From Chloroflexota bacterium (lineage in GTDB: Bacteria > Chloroflexota > UBA11872 > VXOZ01), in contig CAXXVD010000002.1 in assembly GCA_963662335.2 (NCBI GenBank), positions 498,062 to 562,061 of the forward strand: a stretch of 64,000 bases of DNA, written 5' to 3'. The translations under genes and the position numbers were made by a program. Positions within the stretch are counted from its first letter, which is position 1. Each line of letters begins with the position of its first letter. The notes beneath the pieces are model-generated. The model was not told the DNA's origin, made no database searches, and was given only the letters and a program-made list of their open reading frames with translations. Of this stretch, positions 25,851 to 34,553 are shown piece after piece.

Positions 25851-26013
25851 CTCCCAGGGGAGAGGCTGACAGGGGTAGGTAAATGTCATTCCGAGCGCAG
25901 CGAGGAATCTAAAGATGCTGGTCTTGCATCGCTGTGCTTTAGATTCCTCACTCCGCTGCGCTCCGTTCGGAATGACAGGTGAGGTCGATTGTTGAATGCT
26001 TACCCCTATCAGC
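25851..26013 (+). repeat. nested ~180-bp MITE-like palindromic element, copy 1
   Basis: Outer arm CTCCCAGGGGAGAGGCTGACAGGGGTAGGTAAA, then inner arm TGTCATTCCGAGCGCAGCGAGGAATCTAAAG, a loop, the long inner arm CTTTAGATTCCTCACTCCGCTGCGCTCCGTTCGGAATGACA, then GGTGAGGTCGATTGTTGAATGCTTACCCCTATCAGC. Confidence 0.85.
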
Positions 26014-26063
26014 AGGTGAGAGGGCCGGAGTGAGGGGAAAGTCCTACAAGACGGGGTACTCTA

Positions 26064-27617
26064 ATGCCTGAATTGCACTTCTACGGCGGCGCCAACGAAA
26101 TTGGCGGCAACAAGATCCTGCTGGAGGACGGCGCTACCCGCCTCTTCTTCGACTTCGGCATCTCCTTCAAGGTGCGGAGCCTCTACTTCGAGGAGTTTCT
26201 CAATCCCCGATCGGGCTACGGCCTGAACGACTACTTTCACACCGGTATGTTGCCGTTGCTGCAAGGTATCTACCGGACTGCATTGGAGCCGGACGACGCT
26301 TTCTGGTCGCGCTGGCAAACGGATTCCCGCTATCGCCCGCTCGACCACGTGGACGGCGTGCTGTTGAGCCACGCCCACGTGGACCACACCGGTTCGGTAT
26401 CGTTTCTGCGGCCCGACATTCCGCTTTACACTACGGCGCTGACGGCGCTCATTTCCAAGGCGATTCAAGATAGCGCTCCCTCCGACATCGAGCGCGAACT
26501 TGTGTACGCCGTACCGCGCGAGAGCAAAGACGGCGTGCTGCGCACCGTCTCGAAAGCCCCATTGCAGCAGCGTCCGCTGCGTGTGCTCAACGGGCCGCTT
26601 TCGCTTGAGGCGGAGCGCTTCTGGCACGAATCGCCGCAGGCAACACGGAGCATGGAGGTAACGCCTGTTGAGGCGGCCGGTGAGACCGTTGGCGCGGGCA
26701 ACAAGCTGCGCTGGTACCCGGTAGACCACTCAATCTACGGCGCGGCGGCCTTTGCGGTGGAAACGTCGTCAGGCTGGGTGGCCTATACCGGCGATCTGCG
26801 CCTGCATGGCCTGCGCGGCGAACAGACGCGGCAGGCGGTGGCGGCGCTGGCGGCGCTGAAACCGGCCGTCCTGCTCTGCGAGGGCACGCGCGGCGCAAAC
26901 GGCGGTGACGCCACCGAGCAGGACGTCCAGGCCACGGCGGCGGAAATCGTCAAGGGGGCCGCAGGCAAACTGGTCTTTGCCGACTTTGGGCCGCGCAACG
27001 TGGAGCGGCTGCTCATATTCCGTGAAATCGCGCGGGATACCGGACGCCGCCTGGCCGTGCTCAACAAGGACGCCTACCTGCTCGAGGCCATGCACGTAGC
27101 CGCGCCGGCCGAGGTGCCCGACTTTGGCACGGAAACGGGCTTTGCGCTCTACCAGAAGGGCCGCGCGCGCCTGAGCGGCTGGGAAAAGAACCTCGTAGAG
27201 CGCCATAGCGCCCTATTGGTAGACGCGGACGCCGTGCGCCGCAACCCCGGCGGCTACATCCTCTGCTTCTCGTTCTGGGACATCAACGAACTTGCCAGCC
27301 TTGCGCCCGTGCCGGCGGTCTACGTCTACTCCAGCAGCGAGGCGTTCAATGAGGAGATGGAGATGGACCGAAAGCGCCTGCGCAATTGGCTGGAACACTT
27401 TTGCGTGGAGATGCACGGTCTGGACGAAGGGCAGGACGGCCCGCTGCACGCCTCCGGCCACGCCAGCGGTGAAGAGCTCATCGACATAATTCGCCAAGTG
27501 CGACCGCGCACGCTCATTCCCATTCACACTGAGAAGGCGCGTTACTTCGAGGACGCGCTGGCAGGCGACGACATTGACGTTGTGCTGCCCTCGCACTGCC
27601 GCTCTTTGCAGTTTTGA
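26064..27617 (+). CDS. MBL-fold metallo-hydrolase, beta-CASP / RNase J-like
   Basis: FYGGANEIGGNKILLE, LLSHAHVDHTGS (HxHxDH), YPVDHS, HASGHAS and IPIHTE follow the beta-CASP motif order. Confidence 0.7.
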   Translation: MPELHFYGGANEIGGNKILLEDGATRLFFDFGISFKVRSLYFEEFLNPRSGYGLNDYFHTGMLPLLQGIYRTALEPDDAFWSRWQTDSRYRPLDHVDGVLLSHAHVDHTGSVSFLRPDIPLYTTALTALISKAIQDSAPSDIERELVYAVPRESKDGVLRTVSKAPLQQRPLRVLNGPLSLEAERFWHESPQATRSMEVTPVEAAGETVGAGNKLRWYPVDHSIYGAAAFAVETSSGWVAYTGDLRLHGLRGEQTRQAVAALAALKPAVLLCEGTRGANGGDATEQDVQATAAEIVKGAAGKLVFADFGPRNVERLLIFREIARDTGRRLAVLNKDAYLLEAMHVAAPAEVPDFGTETGFALYQKGRARLSGWEKNLVERHSALLVDADAVRRNPGGYILCFSFWDINELASLAPVPAVYVYSSSEAFNEEMEMDRKRLRNWLEHFCVEMHGLDEGQDGPLHASGHASGEELIDIIRQVRPRTLIPIHTEKARYFEDALAGDDIDVVLPSHCRSLQF

Positions 27618-27662
27618 AAAGCGCCCAGCTAACTTTGGGCCGCGAAACGCAGCTTGGTCGGG

Positions 27663-27688
27663 CGCAGGTTGCAAACCTGCGCTACCGG
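27663..27688 (-). repeat. REP-C unit
   Basis: CGCAGGTTGCAAACCTGCGCTACCGG (rc: CCGGTAGCGCAGGTTTGCAACCTGCG). Confidence 0.9.
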
Positions 27689-27741
27689 ACGGCATGGGGC
27701 TCTCGAACGAATGAACGGTGAGTGGCAAACCGCAAACGGGT

Positions 27742-28833
27742 TCACACTTCTACCGGGCCTGTGAACACGTCTGCGGGAATGAAGCTGGCTCGTGCGCTTG
27801 AATGCACGTGGTCGACGCCTTCGGTGGTGACCTGGGCGAGGGCGGTGAAGTGGGTGTTTTCGCCGCTGACGCCGCTGCGGTTGCCGCCGCCGTGGCCGCG
27901 CAGCCAGTGGGGGTCGATGAGTTGCTTGCCCTGCCAGAGGCCCCGGGTGGCGAGCAGGTGGCCGAAGCGGGCGATGTCGGCGGCGCACATCACCGCCCAG
28001 CCGGGGCCGCTGCGCACCGGGTGTCCGGCGACGCGGTACGGCGGGTCGAGGTAGGTGTAGGAATCCGGGATCGTGGGGTAGAAGTACTGCTGGGATTGCA
28101 CGGTCTCGCCGGTGTACCAGTCCCAGTTGTCCGGCGCGATGCCGATTGTGCCGAAGAGCCGTTCGTCCAGCACCTCTTTGAGGTCGCGTTGCCAGACGTG
28201 CGTCAGCGCCTGTCCCATGCGCCAGAAGCCGGCGCTGCTGTAGTGCTCCTGGGTGCCGGGCGGCACGTGGGCGTAGAGATCGTAGAAGGGGTCGCCGGTC
28301 CAGTTCGCCCAGGCGGGACAGGTCTTGTCGGCGTCTTCTTGGGTCTTGCCCGCGCGTCCGGCGGCATAGTGGCTGCCGATTTCCATGGGAAAGCCGCCCT
28401 GATGGGTGCGGCCAAACTGCGTGCCGATGATGTGCCGCCAGGTGAGATTCTTATGATTGCCCTCGTTTAGATGCTTGTGAGGATGCGAGAGTTCGCCCGC
28501 GCCCGTCCACGATTCATGGATGGGCGCGTCCACGTCCAGTAGGCCGTCCGCCGCCGCGAAACCGAGCAAGACCCACATGAAGGCCTTGCCCATGGAGGCG
28601 GTCTGGAAGCGGTAGCGCGGGTCGCCCCAGGTGTGCACGCAGTAACCGCCGCGGGTGAGCATCACGCCCCACTTATTGCCGGTGTGGTCTTCGCCGCCGA
28701 ATTTCGCGCCGTGGAAGCCGAGCGTGCGCAGCCAGGCCTCGAACCGGCGGGGGTCTAGGCCCGCCTTTTGCGGGGTGATGGTAACCCAGTCTTCTTCGGG
28801 ATAGGTTACCCAAGAAGGGATATTCCTACTCAT
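27742..28833 (-). CDS. serine hydrolase, beta-lactamase/transpeptidase-like fold
   Basis: 363 aa. ASMGKAF provides an SxxK motif. Overall class C-like family resemblance. Specificity unknown. Confidence 0.6.
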   Translation of the reverse strand: MSRNIPSWVTYPEEDWVTITPQKAGLDPRRFEAWLRTLGFHGAKFGGEDHTGNKWGVMLTRGGYCVHTWGDPRYRFQTASMGKAFMWVLLGFAAADGLLDVDAPIHESWTGAGELSHPHKHLNEGNHKNLTWRHIIGTQFGRTHQGGFPMEIGSHYAAGRAGKTQEDADKTCPAWANWTGDPFYDLYAHVPPGTQEHYSSAGFWRMGQALTHVWQRDLKEVLDERLFGTIGIAPDNWDWYTGETVQSQQYFYPTIPDSYTYLDPPYRVAGHPVRSGPGWAVMCAADIARFGHLLATRGLWQGKQLIDPHWLRGHGGGNRSGVSGENTHFTALAQVTTEGVDHVHSSARASFIPADVFTGPVEV

Positions 28834-28883
28834 GCGTGTTGTCTCTCCCGATCAAGTCTGTGGCGCCTTTTGCAAAGCCGGAG

Positions 28884-28907
28884 GCGGGGGACAAGCCCCC
28901 GCGCTAC
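28884..28907 (-). repeat. REP-A unit followed by a short 2x tandem of its tail
   Basis: GCGGGGGACAAGCCCCCGCGCTAC, then GCGCTACGGTGATGCGG repeated at 28901 and 28929. Confidence 0.85.
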
Positions 28908-29015
28908 GGTGATGCGGTACCGCGCGGGGCGCGCTACGGTGATGCGGCCGCGCGCGGGGTAAGGCCCCACTGCGATTTACGTTCCTTGCTGTGCCATTAG
29001 AATTTTCGGTGCGCA

Positions 29016-29043
29016 CTAGATTCCTCGCTGCGCTCGGAATGAC
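29016..29043 (-). repeat. single arm of repeat family B
   Basis: CTAGATTCCTCGCTGCGCTCGGAATGAC. Confidence 0.85.
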
Positions 29044-29115
29044 ATGTGAGTGCGACCACGTGAGTGATAGATTGAATTGACAACGCAGGGCGCGACACAT
29101 TTGGCTTCGGCTGAG

Positions 29116-30282
29116 CTACCTGGGCATCTCGCCTTTGCGCCGGTTGGGGCCGGGCCGGAAGTCCGGCACGTGCATGAGTTTGCTGCCTTGCGCAATGGAT
29201 TCGGACGCCAGGACGGCCGGTGCGGCGGTGTCCATGGCCTTGTAGAGGTCGAACTCCAGCGGCGTGCCGTGCAGCACCGCGTCGCGGAAGGTGGCGTGGA
29301 TGTAGTAGTCGGTATCGCTGTGGCCGCTGCCGCGCGCTTCCGCCGGCGCGTCGGTGCGCTGCGGGCGCCAGTCCACCTCGGCGTGGTCGTGCATCTGGGC
29401 GTCGGCCAGCCAGAGCTTGGGCTTATCCCGCAGCGAACGCGCCAGTTCCACCGAACCCTTGGTGCCCATGATGTGGCACCAGTGGTTGTCGCGGGGCGGC
29501 GTGGGCTGGGTGTAGGCCACGGCCAGGCGCATGAGCGTATCTTTGGCCGTCTTCATGATGGCCAGTTGGATGTCCGGCTGCCGGATTTCCTCGTGGATGT
29601 AACTGGGCGAGCGGGTGCTCATGGCGGTGACCTCGGTCACGCGGTCGTCGAGCACCATCAGGATCGGGCTGAGTTCGTGGGGCAGGTAGTGAATCGGCGG
29701 CATGAGGTTGATCCACGACGGTTCCGCGTCGGGGGTATTGGGCAAGTCGGCTATGGGCACGTGTTCCGCCGTGCCGCGCCTGCGGTGGTAGCGATACGAC
29801 TCCTTATAGCCAATGTACTGGCCCTCGCAGAACGTAATCTTGCCCAGCTTGCCCTCCCGCACCAGGTCGCGCCAGGCGGCAAACTCGCCGGAGTGCCGCC
29901 GCTGCTCGCCAAGCTGGTAGACCTTGCCGCTGTGCTCCGCCGCCAGCACGATGCGCCAGCAGTCCTCCAGGGTGTGCGCGGCCGGAACCTCGGAATTGAC
30001 GTGCTTGCCGGCCTCCAGCGCCTGCGCCGCCAGCGCGCCCTGCTCCTGGCAGCGCACCGTGAGCGCCACCGCGTCCACGTTGTCATCGGCCAGGAAGTCT
30101 GCGTAATTGTCGTAGGCGGCAATCGACTGCGGGTCTTGCAGCGGTTCGAGCGACCGTTCGTGCAATTCGGTGAGCGGGTCGCAGATGGCGGTGACGCGAT
30201 AGCCGTTGAAATCGTCCAGCATCTTCAACCAGTGGCGGCCGCGCGGGCCAAGTCCGGTCAGGCCGATGCGAATCTCTTCCAC
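29116..30282 (-). CDS. Gfo/Idh/MocA-family oxidoreductase
   Basis: IRIGLTGLGPRGRHWL N-terminal Rossmann motif and family-typical length. Confidence 0.8.
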   Translation of the reverse strand: MEEIRIGLTGLGPRGRHWLKMLDDFNGYRVTAICDPLTELHERSLEPLQDPQSIAAYDNYADFLADDNVDAVALTVRCQEQGALAAQALEAGKHVNSEVPAAHTLEDCWRIVLAAEHSGKVYQLGEQRRHSGEFAAWRDLVREGKLGKITFCEGQYIGYKESYRYHRRRGTAEHVPIADLPNTPDAEPSWINLMPPIHYLPHELSPILMVLDDRVTEVTAMSTRSPSYIHEEIRQPDIQLAIMKTAKDTLMRLAVAYTQPTPPRDNHWCHIMGTKGSVELARSLRDKPKLWLADAQMHDHAEVDWRPQRTDAPAEARGSGHSDTDYYIHATFRDAVLHGTPLEFDLYKAMDTAAPAVLASESIAQGSKLMHVPDFRPGPNRRKGEMPR

Positions 30283-30394
30283 GTTTTTCTTCTCCAGTTT
30301 ACGAATAGTAGATGCACGGTTGCGGTTCTGTTCCGCATACGAGTCTACAGGCTTGGCGAGATTCTTGCATGACCCGCAGCGGCGGGCGGAAGGA

Positions 30395-30420
30395 CGCAGG
30401 TTGCAAACCTGCGCTACCGG
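30395..30420 (-). repeat. REP-C unit
   Basis: CGCAGGTTGCAAACCTGCGCTACCGG. Confidence 0.9.
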
Positions 30421-30475
30421 GCAAGAAGGCGAGATGGAGAGAAGACAATCGGGCGAGTTTTCCCCTTACGCCGGC

Positions 30476-30654
30476 CCTCTCCCCAGGGAGAACTGAAAAG
30501 GTATATAAATGTCATTCCGAGCGCAGCGAGGAATCTAAAGATGCTGACTTTGTAGGGCTGTGCTCTAGATTCCTCACTCCGCTGCGCTCCGTTCGGAATG
30601 ACAGGTGAGGTCGACTATAGAATGCCTACCCCTGTCAGCCTCTCCCCAGGGAGG
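30476..30654 (+). repeat. nested ~180-bp MITE-like palindromic element, copy 2
   Basis: Same inner arms as copy 1 (30510-30602). Right outer arm intact: GAATGCCTACCCCTGTCAGCCTCTCCCCAGGGAGG. Left outer arm degenerate. Confidence 0.85.
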
Positions 30655-30727
30655 GGGAGTGAGTGCCCGCGGCGGTTTGGGACGCTCAACCGGCGGCAGT
30701 GGCTAGGAGCGCGGCGGCGGCCGGGGC

Positions 30728-31243
30728 TTAGTAGCGGCCGCGGGCGTACTCTTTCGCCACCCGGTCCACCTCGCGTTGGGCGTCTTTGGCGGCCAGGGTC
30801 TGGCGCTTGTCGTAGAGTTTCTTGCCGCGGGCCACCGCGACTTCCACCTTCACCCGGCCGTTGCGCAGGTAGAGGCGCAGCGGGATGACGGTCTGTCCCT
30901 TCATCTGGGCGTGCTGGCGCAGCGTGGCGATTTGGTCCCGGTGGAGCAGCAGTTTGCGCGGTCGCGTGGCCTCGTGATTGACGTAGCCGCCGCGTTGATA
31001 GGGCGAGATGTGCGCGTTCCAGAGCCAGGCCTCGCCGTCGATGACGCGCACGAAGCCTTCAGTCAGATTGACGCGGCCGGCGCGCACGGACTTAACCTCA
31101 GTGCCCAGCAGCGCCAGTCCCGCCTCGAAGGTGGCGTCTATGTGATAGTCGTGGCGGGCGCGGCGGTTCGTGGCCACCACCAGGTTGTTGGGGTCGTGGA
31201 CTTTGGCGGCCCGGCGCGCTTTCTTGGTCTTGGCGGAAGGCAT
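30728..31243 (-). CDS. smpB: SsrA-binding protein
   Basis: VATNRRARHDYHI...FEAGLALLGTEVKSVRAGRVNL..EGFV......AWLWNAHISPY......NHE..RPRKLLLHR. Confidence 0.95.
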   Translation of the reverse strand: MPSAKTKKARRAAKVHDPNNLVVATNRRARHDYHIDATFEAGLALLGTEVKSVRAGRVNLTEGFVRVIDGEAWLWNAHISPYQRGGYVNHEATRPRKLLLHRDQIATLRQHAQMKGQTVIPLRLYLRNGRVKVEVAVARGKKLYDKRQTLAAKDAQREVDRVAKEYARGRY

Positions 31244-31333
31244 AGGTAGAGCCTGTCATCGGAGCGGCGCGCCGGAAGCCCAATGCCGGAACGTACCGTG
31301 GGGCCGGGGGCGCGCAAAGTTGCGGAACGCGCG

Positions 31334-31891
31334 TCACGAGGCGGCGTGTTGTTCCCGCGCCCACTGCTTCAGGTAGTCCCGCGCCTCCTGCGTGCGCGGA
31401 TAGCGGTTCACGATCTCCCAGAAACGCCGGTTGTGCGACGGTTCCAGCAGATGCGCCATCTCGTGCATCAGCACGTAGTCGCGCACCCACGCCGGAAACT
31501 CGGCCAGTACGTGCGAAAGGCGGATGGTCTTGCGGTGCACGCTGCAACTGCCGAAGCGGCTGTTCTGGTTGGTGACGTAGGTTGCGGAGGCGATTTCCAG
31601 CTTGCCCCCGAAGTATTTGGCGTTGAGTGCGGCGGCGCGCTTGCGCAGCGGCTCGCCGTCATTGAGCAGCCGCTTGGTTTCGTGCCGTTCCACCTGCGCG
31701 CGCACTTTGGCCACGTAGTGCGCCTCTTCATCCTTGCTCAGGTGCGCCGGCACCAATACGCGCAGTTTACCGTCTCGAAACTGGGCGCTGACGGTCTTGA
31801 CGCGCTGGCGGCTGCGGACTATTTCGATGTCGCGCGGGTCAATGGTGTACATGCAGGGCGTGTGGAAGCGCGAGTTTGCTTGGCGGGCCAA
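31334..31891 (-). CDS. YgjP-like (DUF45/M48-related) zinc metallopeptidase
   Basis: VLMHEMAHLLEPSHNRRFWEIVNRYP contains HExxH plus the family-typical H-x-x-x-F-W. The start may be M14 (MYTIDPRDIEIVRSRQRVKTVS). Confidence 0.75.
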   Translation of the reverse strand: MARQANSRFHTPCMYTIDPRDIEIVRSRQRVKTVSAQFRDGKLRVLVPAHLSKDEEAHYVAKVRAQVERHETKRLLNDGEPLRKRAAALNAKYFGGKLEIASATYVTNQNSRFGSCSVHRKTIRLSHVLAEFPAWVRDYVLMHEMAHLLEPSHNRRFWEIVNRYPRTQEARDYLKQWAREQHAAS

Positions 31892-31964
31892 GGGAATACG
31901 TTAAGGTGTGACGATGTTGCCCGGGGCGCATTACTGCCCGGCGCATGTGTCCGCGCGCGGCAGC

Positions 31965-32246
31965 CTACGGCACGTCGACGCCCGTCTTGGCCTTGATCAT
32001 GTCCGAGAAGGTCATCTTGGCCGGCACCATCTCGCCGAGAATGCGCTCCAGCGCCATGCCGTGGCTGCACAGTCCGTAGATCGTGAAGAAATCGCAGTCG
32101 CAGCGCCATTCGCCGTCCTGGAAAGAAACCACGTGCTCGTTATTATCGCCGCGCACGCGCACGGTGAAGGCGGTAAAACTGAAGCGGTCCCGCTCTTCCG
32201 TGTAGCGGTTCGCTTTCTCCACTTTTCCTATCAGACTGGAGTACAT
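31965..32246 (-). CDS. SWIM zinc-finger protein
   Basis: WRCDCDFFTIYGLCSHGMA gives the CxCx(n)CxH SWIM signature. 93 aa. Confidence 0.7.
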   Translation of the reverse strand: MYSSLIGKVEKANRYTEERDRFSFTAFTVRVRGDNNEHVVSFQDGEWRCDCDFFTIYGLCSHGMALERILGEMVPAKMTFSDMIKAKTGVDVP

Positions 32247-32584
32247 GCAAGCCCCCTTTTTGCAAAGCCGAGACGATCAGCAGCGTGGGTCTCCCACAAA
32301 CGCGCCGCTAAACGGCGGCATACATGCTGCGCGCGGGTTGCGGCAAGGACGTTAGCAACGAGGTAGAGAAGAGACGCGCGGCGGACGCACAGAACGATGC
32401 CCGTATCTACCAGTATAGTCAGATTCGCGCTGTGGGTCAACGATATTGTGGATAGTCCGCCAGCGGGTTAAAATACACCAAAGGGAATTGCGGGCATTGC
32501 TCCGCGCGGCGGAGAGCGCGGGCGCCGCCGCGCGAGGCGCAACGAGACCCCTTGTCAAGCGCTTAGGACACGGTTGTTCCGCTC

Positions 32585-33115
32585 ATGAACGGCATAAACA
32601 AGCGCGTGCTGGTGCTCAACCTCGACTACCGGCCGCTGAACATCTGCAACGTGCGGCGGGCGTTCGTGCTCCTGCTCAACGGCAAGGCGGAGATGGTGGA
32701 GCAGTACGCCGACGACCTGGTGTCCGCCGAAACGCGGCACTCGCGCCCCTCGGTAATCAAGCTGCACTACCTGGTGAAACGGCCGCCCGGCGGGCCGCGC
32801 CTGGTGCGCCAGGAGGTCTTCCGGCGCGACGGCCATACCTGCCAGTACTGCGGCGTGCGGACGCGGGAACTGACGCTGGACCACGTGCTGCCCCGCCACC
32901 GCGGCGGTGGCCATACGTGGGAGAACCTGGTCTCCGCCTGCAAGGACTGCAACCACCGCAAGGGCGGCCGCACCGCGGAAGAAGCCCGTATGCGACTGCG
33001 CGCCAGCCCCGGCAAGCCCCGCCTGAACGGCTACCTGGCCCACCTCCGCCAAGTGCCCATAAGACCCCACGAGACGTGGGTGCCGTTTCTCTATCCTGCC
33101 GGCAAGCCGAGTTAG
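32585..33115 (+). CDS. HNH endonuclease
   Basis: DGHTCQYCGVRTRELTLDHVLPRHRGGGHTWENLVSACKDCNHRKG is an HNH motif with paired Cys. Confidence 0.85.
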   Translation: MNGINKRVLVLNLDYRPLNICNVRRAFVLLLNGKAEMVEQYADDLVSAETRHSRPSVIKLHYLVKRPPGGPRLVRQEVFRRDGHTCQYCGVRTRELTLDHVLPRHRGGGHTWENLVSACKDCNHRKGGRTAEEARMRLRASPGKPRLNGYLAHLRQVPIRPHETWVPFLYPAGKPS

Positions 33116-33190
33116 TATGTTAGGCTTCTGTCTTGCCGCCAAAATGGAGACAAGAATTCCGCCGTCAGTCTGTCATGTCCTGTTTGACAT

Positions 33191-33291
33191 GTCATTCCGA
33201 GCGCAGCGAGGAATCTAGAGTCCATACCGCATGGGCCCAATGGAGAAAACACCCTAGATTCCTCACTTCGCTGCGCTTCGCTCGGAATGAC
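33191..33291 (+). repeat. family-B double-arm hairpin, long-loop variant
   Basis: GTCATTCCGAGCGCAGCGAGGAATCTAGAG...loop...CCCTAGATTCCTCACTTCGCTGCGCTTCGCTCGGAATGAC. Confidence 0.85.
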
Positions 33292-33421
33292 AACAGACGA
33301 CCCTTGCACTTACTGTTCTGGGACGTAGCACACGGAACTCCCGGCGTTGTAGATGGGCAGGCAGCCGCGCGACTGTAACCGGTGTGTCTGAAGATTCCCC
33401 CAGAAAATCCCCTGCCAGCCC

Positions 33422-33487
33422 TTGACAAAGTTCACCGACTACTCTTTAATGAGATGCGTTCTCATTAGTATATGAGAATGGTTCTGA
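33422..33487 (+). promoter_or_regulatory. promoter plus two operator-like boxes upstream of the metal-chelate ABC operon
   Basis: TTGACA (33422-27), 17 nt, TTTAAT (33445-50). Palindrome TGAGATGCGTTCTCA (33450-64) overlaps the -10. A second box TGAGAATGGTTCTGA lies at 33473-87. Confidence 0.45.
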
Positions 33488-33512
33488 GTAGTGATAAACT
33501 TAAGCAGGAGGC

Positions 33513-34529
33513 TTGGTGCAGATGACTCGAATTCGACCCATGACTCGACGAACCGTATTGGTTGCCGGTCTGGCCGGCGTGGGCGGTGCTTTGCTCGCTG
33601 CCTGCGGTACCGTGGCGGTGCAGCCGGCGGAGGCCCAGCCGGAGCCGGCGGCGGAAGCAGCCTACGCGCCGGTAACCATTGAGAACTGCGGCGTTACCAT
33701 TACGTACGACCAGCCGCCGCAGCGCGCCGTGTCGATGGCGCAGCACGCTACCGAAGTGATGTTGACCTTGGGGCTGCAAGACCACATGGTCGGCACGGCC
33801 TACCTTGAAGATCCGATTCTGCCCGATGTCGCCGAGGCGTACGCAACGATTCCCGTGCTCTCGGACACGTATCCGTCCCGCGAGGTGTTCCTGGCAGCGG
33901 AGCCTGACTTCGTCTACGGCGGTTGGGTGAGCGCCTTCCGCGACGAGGTGGCCGGCTCGCGCGAGAGCCTAATGGAACTGAACATAGGCTCGTATCTTGC
34001 CCATGCGAACTGCCTGGAAGCGAAGGCCACCGTCGAGGATGTCTTTGCCGACTTCCTCAACATCGGCAAGATCTTCGGTATTTCGGACCGGGCGGAAGCG
34101 TACGTGGCCGAGAAGCGAGAGCGCCTGGCGGAAATCAACGCAAAGACCCAGCCGGCGGACCCGAAGGTCAAGGTCTTCGTCTTCGACAGTGGCGACGAAG
34201 CCCCGTATACGGCGGCGGGCACGGGTATCGTGAACGCGCTGCTGGAAGCGGCCGGCGGCGTCAACATCTTCGCGGACGTGGAAGGCGGCTTTGCCACGGT
34301 GAACTGGGAAACCGTCATCGAGCGCGACCCGGACGTGATCGTGCTGCACCATGCCACGTGGTCCACGGCGGAAGAGAAGATTGAGTACTTGAAAGACACC
34401 GAGGTACTCGCGGCGCTAAGGGCTGTGCAGGAAGAGCGCTTTGTCATCGTGCCCTTCACGGCCACGCAGCCGGGTCCCCGCAGCATCGACGTCATCGAGA
34501 CACTGTTCCAGGGCTTCTATCCTGAGTAG
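33513..34529 (+). CDS. metal-chelate (FecB/FhuD/BtuF-type) ABC substrate-binding lipoprotein, paralog 1
   Basis: Tat/lipobox MTRRTVLVAGLAGVGGALLAACG, an A/E/P linker, then a cluster-A (type III) periplasmic-binding-protein-like body ending FYPE. Start GTG 33513 or ATG 33522. Confidence 0.8.
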   Translation: MVQMTRIRPMTRRTVLVAGLAGVGGALLAACGTVAVQPAEAQPEPAAEAAYAPVTIENCGVTITYDQPPQRAVSMAQHATEVMLTLGLQDHMVGTAYLEDPILPDVAEAYATIPVLSDTYPSREVFLAAEPDFVYGGWVSAFRDEVAGSRESLMELNIGSYLAHANCLEAKATVEDVFADFLNIGKIFGISDRAEAYVAEKRERLAEINAKTQPADPKVKVFVFDSGDEAPYTAAGTGIVNALLEAAGGVNIFADVEGGFATVNWETVIERDPDVIVLHHATWSTAEEKIEYLKDTEVLAALRAVQEERFVIVPFTATQPGPRSIDVIETLFQGFYPE

Positions 34530-34553
34530 CCAAGTAGCCGACAGGCGCAGCAC

